From NCBI GenBank assembly GCA_963766715.1, contig CAVYBH010000006.1, positions 1 to 48,660 on the forward strand: 48,660 nucleotides of DNA, in the 5' to 3' direction. The notes below the pieces were generated by a model, which saw nothing but the letters and a program-made list of their open reading frames with translations, searched no databases and was not told where the DNA came from. The stretch is from an uncultured delta proteobacterium. Its GTDB lineage: Bacteria; Myxococcota; Myxococcia; Myxococcales; Anaeromyxobacteraceae. Below are positions 44,499-48,660 of the stretch, piece after piece (position 1 is the stretch's first letter; every line of letters begins with the position of its first letter). The position numbers and the translations under genes were made by a program.

Positions 44499-44514
44499 TG
44501 GTCGATGGCTTGCA
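44499..44514 (+). promoter_or_regulatory. Possible sigma54 promoter
   Basis: TGGTCG-ATGGC-TTGCA (GG-N10-GC) upstream of two small ORFs. Confidence 0.35.
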
Positions 44515-44569
44515 CTCCTCGCCGGCTCCGGCCGTCAGGGCCGGTTGCACCTCACCCGAGGGAATCCGG

Positions 44570-44764
44570 ATGCCAGCGACCTTTCATCAAAGGTGGACCA
44601 GCCAGGTCGAGCAACTGGCGCAGGCGGCGCACCGGCGCGTCGAGTCGGGCGGCGGCATCGAGATGGTCGGCGGACTGCTCGTCTCCGTGTTCCTGCTCTT
44701 CCTGGCGGTGAGCGCGGTCACTTCACCCTTGGTCGCGACGAGGCCCGTGAGAAGGTTGCCATGA
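44570..44764 (+). CDS. Small single-TM protein (64 aa)
   Basis: GAGGGA RBS; TM MVGGLLVSVFLLFLAVSAV; ATGA overlap with the next ORF. Confidence 0.5.
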   Translation: MPATFHQRWTSQVEQLAQAAHRRVESGGGIEMVGGLLVSVFLLFLAVSAVTSPLVATRPVRRLP

Positions 44765-44904
44765 GCGAGCTCGGCCACCACGTCCTCTTCTGGGCCGCCG
44801 GGCTCCTGGCCGGGACGCTGCTCGGCTGGATGCTGGAACGTCGCCGCATGGATTCCCGGGAGCCTCCGCGAGTCGAGCAGGTGCACGGGCCCAGGTCGGC
44901 GTGA
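44761..44904 (+). CDS. Small single-TM protein (47 aa)
   Basis: VLFWAAGLLAGTLLGWML followed by RRR; translational coupling. Confidence 0.5.
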   Translation: MSELGHHVLFWAAGLLAGTLLGWMLERRRMDSREPPRVEQVHGPRSA

Positions 44905-44915
44905 CGGCCGGGGGG

Positions 44916-46148
44916 CTAGGGACGGTACCGGCCCAGCGCCACCACCGCGTTGCTTCCACCGAAGGCGAAGGAGTTGCTGAGGACGAAGTCGCCTTCGTAC
45001 TTCCGCGCGCCGGTGGTCACGTAGTCGAGGTCGCACTCCGGGTCCGGAACCGAGTAGTTGATGGTCGGCGGGACCATCCGGTCGCGCAGGGCCATGACGC
45101 AGCCAACCATCTCGAGCGCGCCCCCGGCGCCGATGGAATGGCCGAGCGCGCCCTTGTTCGCCACGACCAGCTTCCCGTAGGCGCCCTCGCCGAAGACGTT
45201 CTTGATGGAGGTCGTCTCGGTCCGGTCGTTCCACGCCGTCCCGGTGCCGTGGGCGTTCACGTAGCCGACCTGCTCGGGCCGCAGCGACGCGTCGCGCAGG
45301 GCCTTCTGGATGGCACGGGTGGGGCCGTCCGGCGTCGGCTGCGTGAGGCTGTGGCAGTCGGCCGTCGCCCCGTAGCCGAGGACCTCCGCCAGGATCTCCT
45401 GCCCGCGCCGCTTCGCCGACTCCTCCGACTCGAGGACCAGCACGCCCGCGCCCTCGCCCAGCACGATGCCGTCCCGGTCGGCGCTGAAGGGTCGGCAGGC
45501 CCTCGCCGGGTCGTCGTTCCGCTTCGACAGCACGCGCAGCGCGCTCCACGCCGTCATGACGCCGAGCGTGAACATCGAGTCGGCCCCGCCGGCCAGGGCC
45601 ACGTCGAGCGAACCCGTCCGGATCTGCTGAAGGGCCTGACCGATGCTGTGGGTGCCGGAGGCGCACGCGCCGTCCACGTTGAAGAGCGGCCCCCCGAAGC
45701 CGAACCGGATCGACACGTTGGCCGACGGGCCGGTGTTCATGGAGGTGGGGATGATGAGGGGGCCGGCCTTCCCGTCCAGGTAGAAGTCCCGGTAGGCGTA
45801 GTCGGCGGCGCTGAAGCCTCCGATCGAGCTCCCGATCAGGACGCCCGTCTCCTGCCGGTCGACCCCGCCCTCGAGGAGGCGCGCCTGGCGGACCGCCTGG
45901 GTCGCGGCCACCACCGCGAGCTGGGAGGTGCGGCTGGTGCGGTGGACTTCCTTCCGGTCGAAATGCTCGGACTCGACGTAGCCCTGGACCCGGCCACCGA
46001 TGCGCGACGGGAAGGTGGCGAAGGCGGGATCCTCGAGCGCCACGACGCCGGAATCTCCGCGGATGAGCCGCTGCCAGTAGGTCTCCACGTCGCAGCCCAG
46101 GGGGCTGGCCACCCCGAGCCCGGTCACCACCACGCGTCTCGTCGTCAT
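44916..46148 (-). CDS. fabF: 3-oxoacyl-ACP synthase II
   Basis: RRVVVTGLG, GACASG (Cys), NAHGTGT, KGALGHS.GA.G, SNSFAFGG. Confidence 0.92.
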   Translation of the reverse strand: MTTRRVVVTGLGVASPLGCDVETYWQRLIRGDSGVVALEDPAFATFPSRIGGRVQGYVESEHFDRKEVHRTSRTSQLAVVAATQAVRQARLLEGGVDRQETGVLIGSSIGGFSAADYAYRDFYLDGKAGPLIIPTSMNTGPSANVSIRFGFGGPLFNVDGACASGTHSIGQALQQIRTGSLDVALAGGADSMFTLGVMTAWSALRVLSKRNDDPARACRPFSADRDGIVLGEGAGVLVLESEESAKRRGQEILAEVLGYGATADCHSLTQPTPDGPTRAIQKALRDASLRPEQVGYVNAHGTGTAWNDRTETTSIKNVFGEGAYGKLVVANKGALGHSIGAGGALEMVGCVMALRDRMVPPTINYSVPDPECDLDYVTTGARKYEGDFVLSNSFAFGGSNAVVALGRYRP

Positions 46149-46161
46149 CGTGCGCGGCAGA

Positions 46162-46429
46162 CTAGGCCAGGTCGGGCTTTTGGGGTAGGGGCCGATTGGG
46201 GCGCGGAGCTCGGCGCCGAGCACTACTTCGGGGAGCAGCGGCCTCCATCAGCAACTCCTCGACCTCCTCGCACAGCGCGGCGTTCTCGTTCTCCATCTCC
46301 AGGATTCGCGCCCGGTAGAACGTCGCGCACATCTTCCACGCCAGCGCAGAGCGCCGGGCCGCGGCGAGGGCCTCGGAGAGGTCCTTCGCGTCCCGGCGGG
46401 TCGATTCCTTCGTCCTCGTTCGCGTCCAT
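46162..46429 (-). CDS. Small coiled-coil hypothetical protein (frameshifted; ends uncertain)
   Basis: MDANEDEGID then, in another frame, DLSEALAAARRSALAWKMCATFYRARILEMENENAALCEEVEELL with GC3 bias. Confidence 0.4.
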
Positions 46430-46500
46430 CTCGCGCAGCACACTACGGGACGGCTCGGGATTGGCTTTGACCGCCATCAACGCTTCATGCCACCTTCACA

Positions 46501-47217
46501 ATGATGAAAAGGGCCCTTTCCACCCCTCCGGCCGGCTTCCGCGGCTTTCCCGACGCCCGGGGAGACTTCTTCCTCGCCCTGGCCCTGCACAACGACCGGG
46601 ACTGGTTCCAGGCCCACCGCGCCGAGTACGAGGAGGGCTGGGCCGGCCCCATGGCGGCGCTCCTCGCCGAGGTGCGGGAGGGACTGCGCGGCGCCTACGG
46701 GCGGCGCCAGCTGGGCGACCCCAAGGTCTTCCGGATCCATCGCGACGTTCGCTTCGGCAAGGACAAGACCCCCTACAAGACGAACGTGGCCGGATGGATT
46801 CCCGTCGCCACCGGGCGCGCGGCCAGCCCCGGCGCCTCCCCGGCGGCGCTCTACCTCCAGATCGGCATCGACCAGCGCTTCACCGGGAGTGGCTGCTGGA
46901 CGCTCGAGCCGGACGCGCTCAAGCGCTTCCGCGCCGCCCTGCTCGACCCTCGGCGGGGCGCGGCGCTGGCGCGCCGCCTGGCCTCGCTCTCCACCCAGGG
47001 CTACGCCTGCTCGGCCTCCGAGACGCTCGTCCGCGTGCCGGCCGGCGTCGACCCCGAGCACCCGCGCGCCGGCCTGCTCCGCATGAAGGGCCTGGTCGTG
47101 GATCCGGGCGACGTGCCCAGGCGGCTCGTCACCCGGCCGGACCTGGCCGGGTGGCTCGTCGAAAAGGCCCGGGCCGCCGCCCCGGTGGTGACGTGGCTGG
47201 CAGAGAACGTGGCGTGA
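46501..47217 (+). CDS. DUF2461 (TIGR02453) family protein
   Basis: FF..L..HNDRDWF..HR..YE, FRIHRDVRFGKDKTPYKTN, LVRVP. Confidence 0.92.
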   Translation: MMKRALSTPPAGFRGFPDARGDFFLALALHNDRDWFQAHRAEYEEGWAGPMAALLAEVREGLRGAYGRRQLGDPKVFRIHRDVRFGKDKTPYKTNVAGWIPVATGRAASPGASPAALYLQIGIDQRFTGSGCWTLEPDALKRFRAALLDPRRGAALARRLASLSTQGYACSASETLVRVPAGVDPEHPRAGLLRMKGLVVDPGDVPRRLVTRPDLAGWLVEKARAAAPVVTWLAENVA

Positions 47218-47234
47218 TGGACTACGATGCCTCC

Positions 47235-47480
47235 ATGGGAATCCCAGTGAAGACGATCCGGGCTCTCGCTGGCGCCCTCGCGCTGCTGACCCTGTCGAAT
47301 TGCGCCACGACCCAGGAGTCGGTCCAGGACTGCAGGAAGGCGGCGTACTCGTTCTGCGACAGGACGGTGGGGGCCAAGAACGGCGGCGCTGGCGGCCCGA
47401 ACGCGACGGATGCGGCGGCGCGCAACCAGGCCCATCGGCAGTGCCTGGACCTCCAGCTCGGCGCCTGCGGCATTCCCTAG
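47235..47480 (+). CDS. Small Cys-containing lipoprotein
   Basis: Lipobox-like LSNC; four further Cys (CRKAAYSFC, CLDLQLGAC). Confidence 0.6.
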   Translation: MGIPVKTIRALAGALALLTLSNCATTQESVQDCRKAAYSFCDRTVGAKNGGAGGPNATDAAARNQAHRQCLDLQLGACGIP

Positions 47481-47496
47481 GGGCGAACGGCCGGAG

Positions 47497-48660
47497 TCAG
47501 AACCTGAGCCAGACGGGCCGCAGGAACAGCCCCGGCGTCACCGTGCTCTGGAAGCGCACGTAGGGGCTCCCGTCGGCCACGACCATGTCGAGCAGGCCGT
47601 CGCCGTTCAGGTCGCCGAGCGCCACCGAGAGTGGACCCCAGTAGCCGCGGTAGCGGACCGGCGGACCGAGCAGCCCCGGGACCGCGTGATCCTGGATGAA
47701 CACCGACACAGACCCCGGGTAGCCGGGGGGGCCCGCGTTCGCGACCACCACGTCGGGACGGCCGTCGCCATCGACGTCGCCGATGGCGATGGAGCAGGAG
47801 CCGTAGTCGAGCGAGTCGTAGCGCACCGCCGGGAGGAACGTGCCGTCGCCAGCGGGGGCCTGGAGGAACACGGCGAGGGACCCGTCGTAGTTGGCGACGA
47901 CCACGTCGAGGCGGCCGTCGGCATCCATGTCGGCGACCTGGACCGCCGTCGGGCTCGTACCGGCCGTGTAGGTCACGGGGGGCAGGAACGTTCCCGGAGC
48001 CGAACCGTGGAGAAGGATCGAGAGCAGGCCGCCTGCGGTGGTCACGACGAGGTCCACGCCGCCCGGGCCCGTCAGGCGGGCCGCGGCGACCGCGGTGGGC
48101 TCACCCGCGGCGGGAAAGCCCACCGGCGCGGCGAAGGTCCCCGGCGCCTGCTGGAAGAAGACCTGGACGTCGCTCGTACCGGCCGCGGCCACCGCGATGT
48201 CGAGCCTCCCGTCGCCGTCGAGGTCCGCGAGCGCAAGCCGGCGCGGCGTCAGCGCACCGAGCGGCAGCGCGACCGGGGCAGAGAACGCGCCTGGCGTCCC
48301 CGCGACCTGGAACTGCACGTCGACCGCGTGGGAGCCGTCCGCCGCCGCGGCAGCGTTGGCGACGGCGACGTCCGGGAGGCCGTCCCCGTTCAGATCTCCC
48401 ACGGCGATGCTCACGGGGTCAGCGCCGGTGTGGCTCTGGACCGGATCGCCGAAGGTGCCCGGCACCGTCGGCGCCTGGATGCGGGCGCTCAGGATGCTCT
48501 GGCTCGAGGGGGACGCGGCGATGGCGGAGAGGACGTCGAGCTTGCCGTCCCCGCTCAGATCGGCGACCGCGACCGACTGCGCCAGGTAGCCGGTCCCCGA
48601 GGACGAGGAGGAGCAGGCTGAGGCGAGGAGCGCCGGGAGGAGGACGCCGGCGACGAGCAC
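47497..48660 (-). CDS. FG-GAP/VCBS repeat beta-propeller lipoprotein (start at or beyond the window end)
   Basis: Repeated D[LMV]xGDGxxD[IV] motifs (about 7); lipobox LASAC. Confidence 0.88.
   Translation of the reverse strand: MLVAGVLLPALLASACSSSSSGTGYLAQSVAVADLSGDGKLDVLSAIAASPSSQSILSARIQAPTVPGTFGDPVQSHTGADPVSIAVGDLNGDGLPDVAVANAAAAADGSHAVDVQFQVAGTPGAFSAPVALPLGALTPRRLALADLDGDGRLDIAVAAAGTSDVQVFFQQAPGTFAAPVGFPAAGEPTAVAAARLTGPGGVDLVVTTAGGLLSILLHGSAPGTFLPPVTYTAGTSPTAVQVADMDADGRLDVVVANYDGSLAVFLQAPAGDGTFLPAVRYDSLDYGSCSIAIGDVDGDGRPDVVVANAGPPGYPGSVSVFIQDHAVPGLLGPPVRYRGYWGPLSVALGDLNGDGLLDMVVADGSPYVRFQSTVTPGLFLRPVWLRF

Noticed and set aside
44916..46148. Type II PKS biosynthetic cluster (with the SnoaL-like cyclase and methyltransferase)
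   Set aside because: No chain-length factor or ACP adjacent; the cyclase and methyltransferase are about 10 kb away and unlinked; the protein looks like a stand-alone FabF
47497..48660. Periodic GCCGTC-rich repeats as a possible CRISPR or DNA repeat array
   Set aside because: These are degenerate coding repeats of FG-GAP blades, not identical repeats with unique spacers

Overview
Very GC-rich bacterial chromosome segment, most like Myxococcota (Anaeromyxobacter-like), judged from the MYXO-CTERM protein, the MXAN_2562-like barrel, the Hanks kinase and the gene order. It is mostly core and envelope genes. In order: a FtsX/MacB-type ABC exporter, tdh-kbl, a sigma54-driven MYXO-CTERM protein/beta-barrel pair, the uppS-cdsA-dxr-rseP-tsaB-epimerase-asd/usg operon, a Ser/Thr kinase + DnaD-like + DnaC/IstB-like ATPase cassette, aspartate kinase, a Gld-type ABC system, rpoZ, two conserved hypotheticals divergent from CIRCE-controlled groES-groEL, a large C45 hydrolase, a TMTC-like glycosyltransferase, a D,D-carboxypeptidase, dps, an M13 peptidase, a liv-type ABC importer, small LysM and lipoprotein genes, fabF and an FG-GAP lipoprotein. 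About 20 frameshifts, some in housekeeping genes, most likely reflect sequencing or assembly indels. I recognised no rRNA, tRNA, CRISPR array or transposase. The best candidate for an undescribed system is the kinase / DnaD-like / helicase-loader-like cassette (14647-17376). All family assignments come from motif recognition by eye, not from database searches.
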